DNA from: Tubiluchus corallicola
Lineage: Eukaryota; Animalia; Priapulida
Direction: 5' to 3'
DNA: 64,000 bases
Assembly (NCBI GenBank): GCA_030141605.1
Contig: JAQGDQ010000081.1
Span: forward strand, 620,001-684,000
This document shows, piece by piece, positions 26,501 to 38,800 of this stretch (the stretch's first letter is position 1; each line of letters starts with the position of its first letter). The notes beneath the pieces were generated by a model. That model had not been told where the DNA came from, did not search any database, and worked only from the letters and a program-made list of their open reading frames with translations. Position numbers and translations under genes: made by a program.

Positions 26501-28097
26501 CTAAACGAAAGACTGAGATACTCGAAATTCCAAATAAACCTCTGAAGCAGTCTGCTGCGAAAGACACACTGCTTAAATGGTCTCAAGAAGCCATGTCTTG
26601 GTAAGCAAATGTCATATGTCATATTTAAATGCAATATTCATTTTCATATACAATCTATGCCATTCAGCACTTATAGATTTGGATGGTTCACTATAGATGA
26701 TGTCATTCAGCACTTATAGATTTGGCTGGTTCACTATAGATGATAATGGTTTATTTCTGAGGCAAGAAAAGGAACAATAGTGCTCAGTATTTCTGTATAC
26801 AATTGGATAAAATATGTAAATACATAAAACTAACTGTCCTAATAGAAGCATCAATTTGGCAATGAAGTATTATAGTTTCTTCATATGTAAACTAAACTCT
26901 GAATAATGTAAGCTTACTAGCAGATATGATACTAAAAGTGTTAATTTACTATGTTGCAAGTCTTCTATAGTTCACTCTTTCATCTTCAAGCATTCAAAGG
27001 GAAGACATTTAGTACATAATTTGCAACATAATAAATTACGCATTGCATAACATATGTGCTGGTTTGTTCTACCAGCTGATATTTTACTCTCTTGTTCTGG
27101 CCTATTCTGCTGTATAGCATGTTAAAATATTAATCAAATAAGTATTAATTTTTGCTAATGTAAGGCACGACATTGAGATCAAAAACTTTGGCACAAGCTG
27201 GAAAGATGGCAAGGCGTTCAATGGCCTCGTTCATAATGTGAAACCCAGTGTTGTGGATATGAGCAAAGTTCATGTACAAGAACCAAAAGAAAACCTGGAA
27301 CAAGCTTTCACTAAGGCTGAAGATCACCTTGGTATTCCAAAACTTATTGATCCTGAAGGTAAACATCTTTGTTACATAATTTTAATATTTTGATATTAGA
27401 AATGGCATGTAATATACACTATTTTTGTTCTAATTTAAAATTGCCTCAAATTTTTGTGAGATTAAAAGTTTAAAACTCTTGATAATCAAGAAAACGTTAA
27501 GAAACTGCAAACAGTTTAGCCAAATACAATAGTTTGTTTAGCGTCAGTGTTATTCTCACATTTGTTTAACTTTTACAAGCTTTCTGTACCGTTTAAACTA
27601 GTATGTGGGTTTTTTAGTCAAAAATATCAGTTTTTGATTTAAAATATCTGCCACCATAATGCCTTCCTTTACCTATCACTAATTGTAATATGTTAAGGTG
27701 TTTGCATAAAGTTTTGCTGTATTACAAATGGTGACATTAATGACTGAATTTTGCATTAACTAAAGAAATGTTATAGGCGCATTTGTTGTTAATAAATTAT
27801 CCAATCCATTTACTTTTTATACTTTCTGCAAAAGTGTTATCAATAATTACCTATCGTTGATTAATTATGCTGAACTTTTTCCATATTGCAGATATGGATG
27901 TTGAAAAACCGGATGAAAAATCCATTATGACTTATGTTGGCCAGTTTCTGGATAGATATCCGGATGCAAATAAACCATGCCTACAGGAAGATGTGCTCTC
28001 ATCGACCACTGCCGATTTGGTCAATTCGGGATCTGATTTTGAAATGGTTGAGGAGCCCGTTTGTGAACAGAAAGATGAAGAATTGCTGACAAGTGAG
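14510..28097 (+). CDS. Calmin/nesprin-like tandem calponin-homology actin-binding domain; exons 14510-14594, 18327-18388, 21281-21376, 22064-22147, 23906-23998, 26413-26600, 27165-27358, 27892-28097 (336 codons, no stop)
   Basis: In-phase splicing gives [10 protein letters not shown]...[26 protein letters not shown]...[10 protein letters not shown]...[33 protein letters not shown] (CH1) and LLKWSQ...[19 protein letters not shown]...[42 protein letters not shown] (CH2). These are classic spectrin-family actin-binding-domain motifs. Confidence 0.9.
22978..23141. mobile_element. Tc1/mariner-pogo-type MITE
   Basis: TA on both sides; imperfect 24-bp TIRs CAGTACGCTATGTATGACTCGAAC vs (revcomp) CAGTAAACTATGAAAAACTTGAAC. 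Confidence 0.65.
24035..24232 (-). mobile_element. tRNA-derived SINE
   Basis: Minus strand head GGGTTACATAGCTCAGTGG (A box)...GGGTTCAACTC (B box), followed by a non-tRNA body AGTCATAGCGAAGACTTAAAAAGTGGTAC; no complete cloverleaf. Confidence 0.7.
24412..26120. repeat. Pair of ~400-bp diverged inverted repeats (24412-24822 and 25736-26120) enclosing RTE-like LINE remnants
   Basis: Shared blocks such as AAAGTGCACCCGA, GACCATCACAGCTTCATTG, CATTCAAAATCAGTT, GGTCAAAAGTTGACTAC and ATCCAAAAATGTTGC occur in opposite orientation. An internal fragment at ~25340-25420 reads [21 protein letters not shown]. Confidence 0.85.
26658..26743. repeat. 43-bp direct tandem duplication in an intron
   Basis: CATTCAGCACTTATAGATTTGG(A/C)TGGTTCACTATAGATGAT at 26661 and 26704. 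Confidence 0.9.
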
Positions 28098-29976
28098 GTA
28101 TTCACTAAAGAATGTCTTTTATTATCTGCCATCTGTTTGTTTTAAAGTATAAACATGTTTTCAAATGTGTACTTGAAAATCTTAGTTAAAATAGGCCAAG
28201 CATGGCATCGAACTTGTATTTTCCTGGTCTTGCTGGTAATCTATAGAGCACATCATATCTAGTCTACACTTAAATCTTTTCGCTATGTTCACTTACCCAT
28301 TAGCAAATAATTTTTGCAAACATTTCTAGAATATGTATGCAAATAAGATCTTAGTGGATTCTAAGTAATTTAAAAAAAAGTTTGGAAGGATTTTAACATC
28401 TTTGAGCATATGGACCCAAAACTATAACTTGTTGGTATAGTCAGTAAAGATAGGTGTTACTTAATCGAGATTTGTCCTAGTGGTTCAATTAGTCAGTTAG
28501 AGTTTCACCATTTTTGTTCAAGATAACACATGACTGTAATTGGAACACTTTTCTTTAATTAAGTTTAAATATTATTACTAATTATTATCATAATTGTACT
28601 GTGTCTTTCCCAAGACTTACTGTTGACGGAAAAATTAATATCTATAATTGGATGATCAGGACAAAATAGTTCTTTCAATAACACATAGGTGGCACTAGGA
28701 AGCAGTTTCCTGTGGATCTGTTCAGGGCATTGTAACTGTACAGGATTAACAGAAATGGCTGATCAGATTAACTAAATCAATTTGACCAATGAAAGAAGGA
28801 AAGCAGCAGTGCTCTGCAGTGTGTGAAGACAGTATGATTACTCAAACATTGCTCTCTATCAGTTGTGTATTGCTACATGCACATTTGCCTTGGAATCACT
28901 TTTAACAGTTTCTATTCACAGTATTAATGGTAGGACATGCCCACACTTTTCTATTATAAATGGTGAATGTGTATAGTTAAATGTGTTTGTACCACAGCTG
29001 CAGTACAATTAGTATAACCTGTAAATGGTTGACTGAGTATGTTCAACTATGTTGACACACCATCAGCTTTCGTTATGTAGCCACAGTTATGACTGAATAG
29101 GGTATCAGAACATAGAAAAAGTTTTTGTTGTTTTTTACCAAGGTGACCAAAGTGTTTCAGCACATATTGTTTTATTAAATATAATTGCCATCTAGTAAGC
29201 AGTTGTAAAATTTAATGTATTTGTTTAATCTGTTTGTGAAATGACCAGATGGTCGCTGTTATGTTGTCTGTTTACAAGTGCGGATTGTTTGTTTATAATG
29301 CTCGATGAACTGTCCCTATTTACTGTGATACTTTCTTGATATCACCCTGTGCATTACTAACCTACAGCCTGGAAGATAGATTAACAATGATGTAATTGCT
29401 AGCATGCATGTGCCATCTGAGCAAGACAGTTATGTGTTAATTTAGCTCTGTAATTTATGCTTATTGTGATTAGGTCCTCCGGAATCTTGCATTTTTTACC
29501 ATGGAGGTTGGATACAGTGATTGATAAATCAATAATCAACTTGCAGTAAATAAAAGTGTAGCATTTATGATAATGCTACAATACTTGCATGCTGTGCTCA
29601 CGCAATAAGTAACCAAAGGAAAAAGCATTATCAACGCTGAATGTATTATATTGATAAGAAACTTATTGAAGACATCATTACTGGGTCGAAAATCTAGTAG
29701 GCTAGTTGTCATTGTTATTGTGATTTATTTTATTTTGAAAAGGCTGAATAGCATGGTAATACAGCTATCTAGTAGCAGAGATTTTAAAGCAACCATAGAT
29801 TTAAGTGATGCCATGGCATTTAAACCTGTAAAAGCAACCCAATTATTTTTTAAACTTTGTATGAAACAAATTATCTAAGGTTGGATCTAGAATGCGCAGT
29901 TTTAGCATACAGTTTTGCTTCTATCAACTCTCACATAGTAGGTATTAAACTGGTTTTTGTTTCTCCAAAATTTCAG

Positions 29977-32900
29977 ATGGCTACAGAAGTTACCACAGAA
30001 GAAAAGGTAAGTGGTAGGCTAGTGTTATTTCACAACCTTGACAGTTTGAATAATATATTATTAGTTACCCGTTGTGTTTCATTATGTAATTGAGGGATAA
30101 TAAATTAATCTATATTCTATAAATTGTCTGTCTTCGTATTTAAAGTAATGGAGTTTTAATTATAGACTGGCTATACCATATACACGTATACAGTGTGTTG
30201 TCATCTTTATTCATTATATCTAGCTGAGGCATATAATACAGAACTAGATATGAATCTTTTTATTATTTTATATCTGTGTTTTTACAATGAAATGCACTTG
30301 GCACCTTGCACCAGTCAGCAGAGTGGTCCACAGAGTCATTGTCTGGTAGACCGAAATGTACATTTTTTCAAAAGTACTACAAAAGTAAAATTAAGGAGTA
30401 CTACAGTTCAACAACTAAGGGTGCATTCAAACTATTGCAAGTAATGCTCAATTAGTGTCAGCAAGTTTGCAATTCTTGCAAAGCAGTTCACATTAGTCTG
30501 AATGCGCCATTAAATTTAATACAACAAGTTGCATTTAATTCAAAGGCGATACCATTTAATTCTTAAAATTTCACTTTTTAAAAATGCAGATCTCAGACAT
30601 TGTATTGGGAGCTCCGAAGTATTTATGATTGTAAAATCTGTACTGTCTGCAATATTCCATTCTGTTGATTGTCTGCTGTCTTATGCAGTTGTCCAATGTG
30701 TGAAATTCAACATATTTGCTTAATCTTTTTCCACATTAGGTCACACAAGCGATGTAATCTTTTTTATGTTTTCCTTGCTTTCCAGCATACCAAATTAATG
30801 GGTATTGAATTTGCCCCGATCAACATTCCAGTAGAGAGGCGACTCCAGACTGCCGTCATCTTGCACTGGGTCATCTGCTTCTTGTTTCTTGGTTATGGCA
30901 GCATCTTGTTCAGCATATACCTGTTCTTTTTCACTGATTACTGGTGGATACCCGTGCTGTATGGGGTGTGGTTCTATATTGACAAGGACACGTGTCATCA
31001 GGGTGGTAGACGCAGTGACTGGGTGCGACGATGGCGAATGTGGGAGATATACAGGGACTACTTTCCCATTAGTTTGGTTAAAACTGCTGATTTAGACCCT
31101 GAGAAGAATTACATTTTTGGTTACCACCCGCATGGAATCATGGGAATCGGTTCATTTGCCAGTTTTGCTACAGAGGCAACGGGATTTAGTGAGAAGTTTC
31201 CGGGAGTTAAGCCATATTTATTGACGCTGACCGGTCTGTTCTGGTTTCCGTACATAAGGGACTACTTCATGACTACTGGTAAGAAAATCAAAGAAAGTCA
31301 AAAGTAAAAACGTACTTTAACCAAGAGTATTTATACATGCATAATTGTTGTACACACGCTTGTTATTCTGTTTGTATAACAATAATAATAATGCTACAAA
31401 CTAGAAATCAATTCCTTAACAGTTTAAGAAGTAGCAATATCGACAAAGGAGTGGCTAAAGAGTGTTAACCAAGTCGGAGTTTTAACTCATGAGCTATTGT
31501 GTACAATGCTTTTTCTACCAGTGTGAATCTTGCTTAACTTGCAGCTCATGTTTGAAACTCATTACTAACTAGCTGAATGTCACTTAGATCTCTCAGAGTA
31601 ATGGGGTAAAATTAAATTTTAGCATTTTTTCTTACAACAGCTTTTTAAAACAGTGGTACAGTATAACACTAGAGCTCCCAAGGTTAAGCAACAGAGGACA
31701 ATGTTCAGTCTGAACCAGTCAGGGGCCTGGAATATTTGTTAAACGAACAATGTGAAACATGTGTATCTCGCTTAACCGTTTCTGTAAAACATCTGAACAG
31801 TAAAGGTACAAACCTTGAAATATAATGGCTGCTTTTTTGTTTTTGGTCATTGGTTTGCTTGATATGAGTTGAAAGCTTTTGTTTTTTAATAGTCAGTGAA
31901 ATGAAATGACTCGCGTTTCACAGGTTTTATTAATAGATTACTATGGCAGGGTTATATGTGTATAAAATTTGTAACATTACATTAAACAAATACTCAAGAT
32001 TTCATCCATCGGTGGCATCTGTTATTGCTGTGTTTGTTATTATTATTATCAATATTTTATTGTCTATTATTATCGTCAATTGAATCATGTGTCCATGGAC
32101 GTAATTCTGTTCATTGACTTTTTATGCCAGGACTCCCAACTTTCTTGGTCCATTACAGAGTGTAGGGAGTCCTGTAAGAGTGCCTATTATAAATATCTTT
32201 GATGAATTTAATTTCAAACTGAGAAAAATGATATACATTTTCTTACAGCTGTTGATTTGCATTTGTTCTTGATAACACAGTCTTTCTTTCTTCAACAGGG
32301 GCATGCAGTGTGAGCAAAGAGAGCATCGAATGGATTCTGACAAACGAAGGAAAGGGTAATGCTGCAGTCATTGTTGTTGGAGGGGCGGCAGAAGCACTGG
32401 AAGCCCATCCGGGGCATTTTGTAGTAAAGCTGAAATCGCGCAAGGGATTTGTAAAGATGGCACTGAAGCATGGGTAAGGTTTAATTACCTGTACCATTGC
32501 CAGAGTGTGCACTGTTGGTTGGAAAAATTAAGTTAGCTGGGTAATTAAGTGGGTAAACAAAACTTCTGTAGTCTGTAACAGTTGTGTTATAAAACCAACT
32601 CGTGCACCATAGATAAATTTGGCTGAACATGATATTTTGAAATACACATTTTTCATTGCACAACATTTAGCAGAAAATTTGTGGCAAATACAACAGGTCC
32701 GCCTCTTATCGTGCATTTGGGCAGTTTCAAAATTGTGGTAGCTCTGCTGCAGAGTGCAGGGTGCTCAACTATTAAATTGCCAATTGTATAAAAGGTGTCA
32801 CTTATCTGGATTCAAACATTACTTCCTTTTTGCCTTGTATTGCAATAGTTATTCTGAAAAAACATTACAATTATTTATTGCAGTGCATCGCTGGTTCCTG

Positions 32901-34133
32901 TGTTCTCGTTTGGAGAGAATGAGGTCTTCGATCAGGCTGATAATCCAGTTGGTTCTAAAATAAGGGAAATCCAGGACAAGCTGACACACATTCTAGGCTT
33001 CTCACCACCTCTCTTTCATGGAAGAGGAGTGTTCAATTACACGATTGGATTGCTGCCATTCCGGACCCCAATCCACACAGTTGGTAAGTATATTAATAAC
33101 TATTAAATTTATGTTGGTCATAGGTTGTCCATTTTCCATTTTCTTTATTTGACTTGATACCTTTTAAAAATTACCTGATGCTGTCAGGAATCTTTGCAAT
33201 TTTTTTTGTTTTCGAATGATCGAAAAAAGGTGGGACAGCTAGACTGGTGTTTAATTTTTGCCCCAATTTCAAATACTTATCCAAAATAATCGTGAAATTG
33301 TTATTAACTCATCTTTCTGTCTGGTTTTAGTGATTAACTGGATAGAAACAAAGAACAATTGACTGAAATATGTGTGTAATTATTGCAGACTTTTTGCATT
33401 ATGATATTTTACAGTGATTAATTTAGATTACATTAGTATGTAGTATGTAAACAGATACATAGAATACTACATATTAAGGATAAAGACCTAGCTACGAAAG
33501 ACTAGTACATGATGTAACACACCTGACTGTTTGAAGCTACAACATGATTAGATCTTCTGTAATACTACCTATAGTATTAATAATAAATCATACCTAATGG
33601 GAGATGGGACAAATTTAAGTATCCTTTAGAAGAAGCCTATTAGAAATGGAATAATGAGATCATTAATTGGGCAATTAGGCAGAATGCCAAGTACTGCTTA
33701 TCTACAGATTTATTCAAAAAATTGTATGTTCATTCATAAACCTGTATCCTGGGGCAGATCCAAGCAACCAGGGTAGGTACGTATAAACAGTGTGTCTCGA
33801 CAGATACTTTTGAAAATTTACATAGCCCATCTGAAAACTACTAGAAATGTTTCAAAAAATTATGTGTTCATACCTTTGGAAATTCACTTGGCACTTTTTG
33901 AAATTTTTTGGTTTATGCTAAATATGTGTAATTTTGCCGAAGCTGTCCACTCACACTCATTTTTCATGTCATTTTTAGTTGGCAAACCAATTTCTGTTGA
34001 CAAAGTAGAAGAGCCTGACGATAAAGTAGTTGAAGAATATCACGGAAAATACATTGATGCACTTACGGCTCTCTTTGACGAATACAAGTCAAAATATGGC
34101 TTTGCGGAAGATGTGACACTGAAGATCGTTTGA
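29977..34133 (+). CDS. DGAT2/MOGAT-family acylglycerol O-acyltransferase; exons 29977-30006, 30786-31278, 32299-32473, 32884-33083, 33979-34133
   Basis: [16 protein letters not shown], a transmembrane segment, [28 protein letters not shown] (catalytic HPHG), [41 protein letters not shown] and VVGKPI; all junctions are GT-AG and in phase. DGAT2 and MOGAT cannot be distinguished by eye. Confidence 0.95.
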
Positions 34134-34521
34134 TGCAATGACCTCTCACAAGGCAACTGTCAGGCTTCAAAGATTTAATATTCGAAAAATACTCGCACAG
34201 CTGGTAAGCTTAGTAGATGCAGAGACGGACATAAATGTTCATAATTGGGTATGATGTTGTGCATGCACTTTTGTCAATAGAGGAGTAAAACACATACTGC
34301 AATAATAATGGGGAGAGAAGCAACTGTAACTTCTGTTATCATTACATATAAATTAATATAATTTCTGTTAACATTGGTCATAATTCAGTGTCATTCAGTG
34401 TCTGTGTTGAAAAAATTTAAAAGATATTGGCTTTTCAAAAATCTTGTCTCTTTGCGGCTGTAAGTCTTCACCGTTACTCATTATTTCTTTGTAAGTTGTC
34501 TACTAACTCCGTATTACAATC

Positions 34522-34527
34522 AATAAA
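34522..34527 (+). terminator. Probable polyadenylation signal of the DGAT2/MOGAT gene
   Basis: AATAAA ~390 nt after the stop, followed by a GT-rich tract. Confidence 0.5.
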
Positions 34528-35880
34528 CCTGTTAAAATGTTGTATGTATGTATTTGCTCCTGTTTGAAAAAGATTATGCACAACAACAAAGTTCTTTCAA
34601 TTTCATTGTCTTCCTTTAGATACGTTCGTACAACCTAGTTGCACTTTCTAATAATCATGTAGCCTTTGCTAGAAAATGTGATGATATTATACTTCTGTTA
34701 CATATCGGTGATATAGAGTTTATTTTGTAGTTTAATATGAGCTCGAGTAGCAAAAGTAATAATCGTTGCTTTCAATAAGAAAAAAGTCACTAAATATTTG
34801 TCTTTATTATATATTTAACATTCCATGTTACAATAATGTACTTTTTGATCAGATAGTTTACCAATAGTATAGATTTATTTTTGTACAAAAATACATCTTT
34901 CGTATTGAAAGCAATTTGTCATGCATTTTGAATTTTACACCAATTGCTATATGAACAATGTATGTAGTATTGCTCAACCCATGTAATTTGAGCAATGCTC
35001 TTTTGTCAAGAATAATGTTGTAAATTGACTAGAAAATTAAACTTTGAGTAACAAAGTCTTTACGAATTAATATAAGTTTTTCAAAACAACAGACTGTTTG
35101 GCATTGTTTGATCATTTATAACAACATACAGTATCCCCATGACATTAAACACTAGTTTGTATCACGGATGTTGGTTATAGACGACCTTCTTAGAATGTAA
35201 AAACAAAAGCTTTTTATGTTTGAACAGATCCTGTACAAGAATTGAATTCTGTATGTGAGAGTAACTTTTCTTAGCAGTATTTCAACATTCTGTCCTTCAA
35301 GCTCTTAGCAACAGTTTCATTACAAGAAATTTTCGTCCATTTTTCAAAAAATGAACTAATCATGTCAACCATGTCAATGGCACCTGTTCAGTTATAGCAC
35401 TCATGCAGCTCGTGCAGTTCATCTCTGGGTAACGTATTTGCCATCAATTAAGTGTAGCTTCGTACAGGACAAAAGTGAGATCTTGATGAGAAAGTGCACA
35501 GCGTGTAACAAAACAGTTACTGCTTGCTACTGCACTCTGCAAGTGCATCATTTTACTTTTTCTTTTGACAGGAATTTTCTTAATTCAGCTTTTATTTTAT
35601 TTTTTCTCGACTTTCAGCCTGCAAGACTAACTCAGCTTGTTTGCATAGCTGAAACGTATTTACATGACTAGAAGTTGCAAAAACTTTAGACTGTAAAAAA
35701 ATAAAAACAAAGGAGAATACATGGCAGCATGATTTCCTCCCTTCTCCATATATAAAATTGCTTTCACGGGACTTTAGCTCGTGTAATATTGCAGTAGCCA
35801 TTAGAAACCCATTAGCAGTACTCTGCTCTTCTTATTAGCACCATAAGCATTAGCACAGTTTAATGAATTATGAAGTCTCT

Positions 35881-38800
35881 TCACACCGATGTCTCATGTG
35901 TTTCATTAAGTAACTGTTCAGAGTCAACCGGCACAACAGTTGACTGTTGTGCCAAGCCATCGCCTTCATCATCTTCAGTCATTTCTGATATTGTTGTCAT
36001 CACTCTTGGAAGGCTGGGTGATTGCGTCGAACTTTCTGACTTACTTGCGTCCTCGTGTACTTTTTGAGTTGACCTGTCAGCATTTGGACTACTAGCTGCA
36101 TCTGTTTTGCTTTTTGGAGCAGCTGCATCAGTGCTTTCTTCAGGTACTTCAGGGTCTATAGTTTTTGACTTTGTCAGTCGCAAGCGTCGTTTTTTGCTGG
36201 TATTTTTAGCGTCAGTGTCCATTTTTTTGTGAGGTACATCTTTCCTTGTAGACATTTCATCACTATCAGTATCACTTTCCTCTGAAACATGCTCTAAAAT
36301 TGGCGAAGCTTTGCTCATTAGTGGGCTCTGTGAGGATGAAAGGTCATCATTCCTTGCCTGTCTGCTTTTTGGACTGCTGACTCTTCTTGTTGGGACGAAT
36401 TTTGTTTCATCCATGGTCATCGCTTTCCCCACTCGTCCCAGTTTGTATTGTGCGCGCGTCATGGCTTTCCTTGCATCCGTATTTTCGCTGTCACTGTAGC
36501 AGCGATTGCGTTTTGCTTCCGGTGTGGTTGCTACACTGGAAACGGGTGTCCCAAGTTGAATAGATTGCATAGTAGAAAGACGTCTTGCTCGCAGATGGCG
36601 CTGCTGCATGTGATGACTCAGATCTTGGGAGTTGTCATCTTTGAAATGACGTGGCACCTTCTGGTGAAACTACAAAGATTATTTGTATTTGTGAAGAATT
36701 GCACGTAGACGGCAAGGTCACGAGAAAGTGGTGACAGAAACACCTTTTGGTATTGGCACACCATGTCCTAACTGGCTTTTCAAGATTTTGACCTAAATAG
36801 TTTTCACAAGTGATTTTGGTTAATGGCTTCACACCCCCGATTTTCACTTGAACAACTTTCATCTCACCTTTGATTTTGATTTAAATGGTTTTCACTTCTG
36901 ATTTTCACTTAAACAGTTTTCCCCTCTGAACTAGATGTGAACAGTTTTCACCCCTGATTTACTCCGAATAGAGCACTATGCCTCTTTAATATGCTCCTTA
37001 CATCAAAACATAATATTGTTGACTAATCTCTGCTTCAAGATTTTGCTCAACTTCAGAAACCTTGGTACACCAAATGGATGCAAGAATACATATATACTGT
37101 ATACTCTGTACTTATATACGTGCTTTGTCAATCATGTGAGGAAAACACACATGGAGAATAAAAAACTTTCTAGCTAACTCACTTAACAGTCTGTAGTTTT
37201 ATCTCTAGTGCTCTAGTTTTTATATGATTCTTAGGAAGTAATAGTAACTTCAGAACAGTAACCAGTTTTCTATTATCGGACAACTTATTAGGTTTAGATG
37301 AACGAATTTAAAACAAGAGCTTCTTACAAGGCTTTTTGGACTTTTTACTACTTTTTGTTATTGCTTACCTGCTGAACTGGATTTTTGTTGAACAGCCGCC
37401 TCAATTCCCTCCCAGATTTGATAGTCGGTGACAAGGGACTCGTGGGCCGGTTGCTTTCCAATTCCAGATCGAAAGGCAGTGGATGCATTGGAACCGCTAG
37501 ACTCAGTGCCCGAGGTTTGGTGCGATGGTAGGACGCTCGCTTCTGCACCGCTCTGTTCTGCACAGGCGATGCTGGCACAGAATTCACATCTTCGGCACTC
37601 AGTGTGTATGGATATAAGACTTCCTCGCATATAATTTGAGATCTGAAATGTACGTTGCAGGCAGTTTCAAGTCAAATGCCCCTAAACTTCGAAACTTGGA
37701 GGCTAACTGTACTTTTTAAGAGATTGATTCAGCTACTGATTGATTCATTATTTTGTTCTGATTTTCGGTCAGTATTTATTTAGAAACATCATTGAGCAAT
37801 GTATGGAATTCCAACAGCCCTTATTAATCAATTTTATTGATTTCAAGAAGGCTTTTGACTCTGTTCACAGGCAGTCTCTATGGAAAATTGCTTCTCTGTA
37901 TGGTATCCCACAGAAATTCATTTCAACCATCCAGAACTTTTACCAAAACAGCGGCTGTTGTATAAGAACACAAGAGGGAAACACCGAGTATTTCACCATC
38001 GAAACTGGAGTTAAGCAGGGTTGCATTATGTCGCCATTCCTGTTCCTACTGACGATTGATTTCATCATGAACAAGGCGGTTGATGGTAAAGATCTAGGAA
38101 TGCAATGGAAACAACAACAACGATTGGCAGATCTGGACTTTGCTGACGATATAGCTCTTCTGGAAACATCAAAAGAAAGCCTGCAACAACTGACCACAAG
38201 TATGGAAGAAGTAGCGGGAAAAATTGGATTGAGAATTAGTCAAGAAAAGACCAAAGTTTTGAAAGTGTGGACAAACCAACAGAATGATGTACATATAACA
38301 GTGGGAGGCCAAATGGTTAAGAACGTTACCAGTTTTTCATATTCGGGCAGTGTGATGACCTGTAATGGAGGTACAGAAAATGACATCAGGGGGAGAATTG
38401 GCAAAGCAACATCAGTATTTAGGAAGATGGGAAAAATCTGGACAAGCAAGAAAATTGACATGAAAATCAAACTTCGTCTGTACAACGCCATTGTGCTGCC
38501 AACGGCTCTCTATGCCAGCGAAACCTGGAAAGTCACAGCGGAGTTATCAAAGAAACTGAACGTCTTCCACCAAAAATGCCTTCGAAAGATACTAAAAATC
38601 TCCTACCGCGACCATGTCACCAATGTAGAAGTTCTTCAACGAGCGCAGTCATTGCGGTTACAAGATATAGTTACAGAGAGAAGAATGAAACTGGCTGGAC
38701 ATATTCTCCGTCTATCAGAAAGTCGCTACGCCAAAACAGCAGTACAGTGGGAACCACCTGGTGGGAAACGAAAAAGAGGTCGGCCAAAAACAACGTGGCG

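Noticed and set aside
37740-37782. N-terminus of the 395-aa RT ORF as a real start
   Set aside because: It starts at TTG in host intron sequence upstream of the TSD; the element is 5'-truncated.
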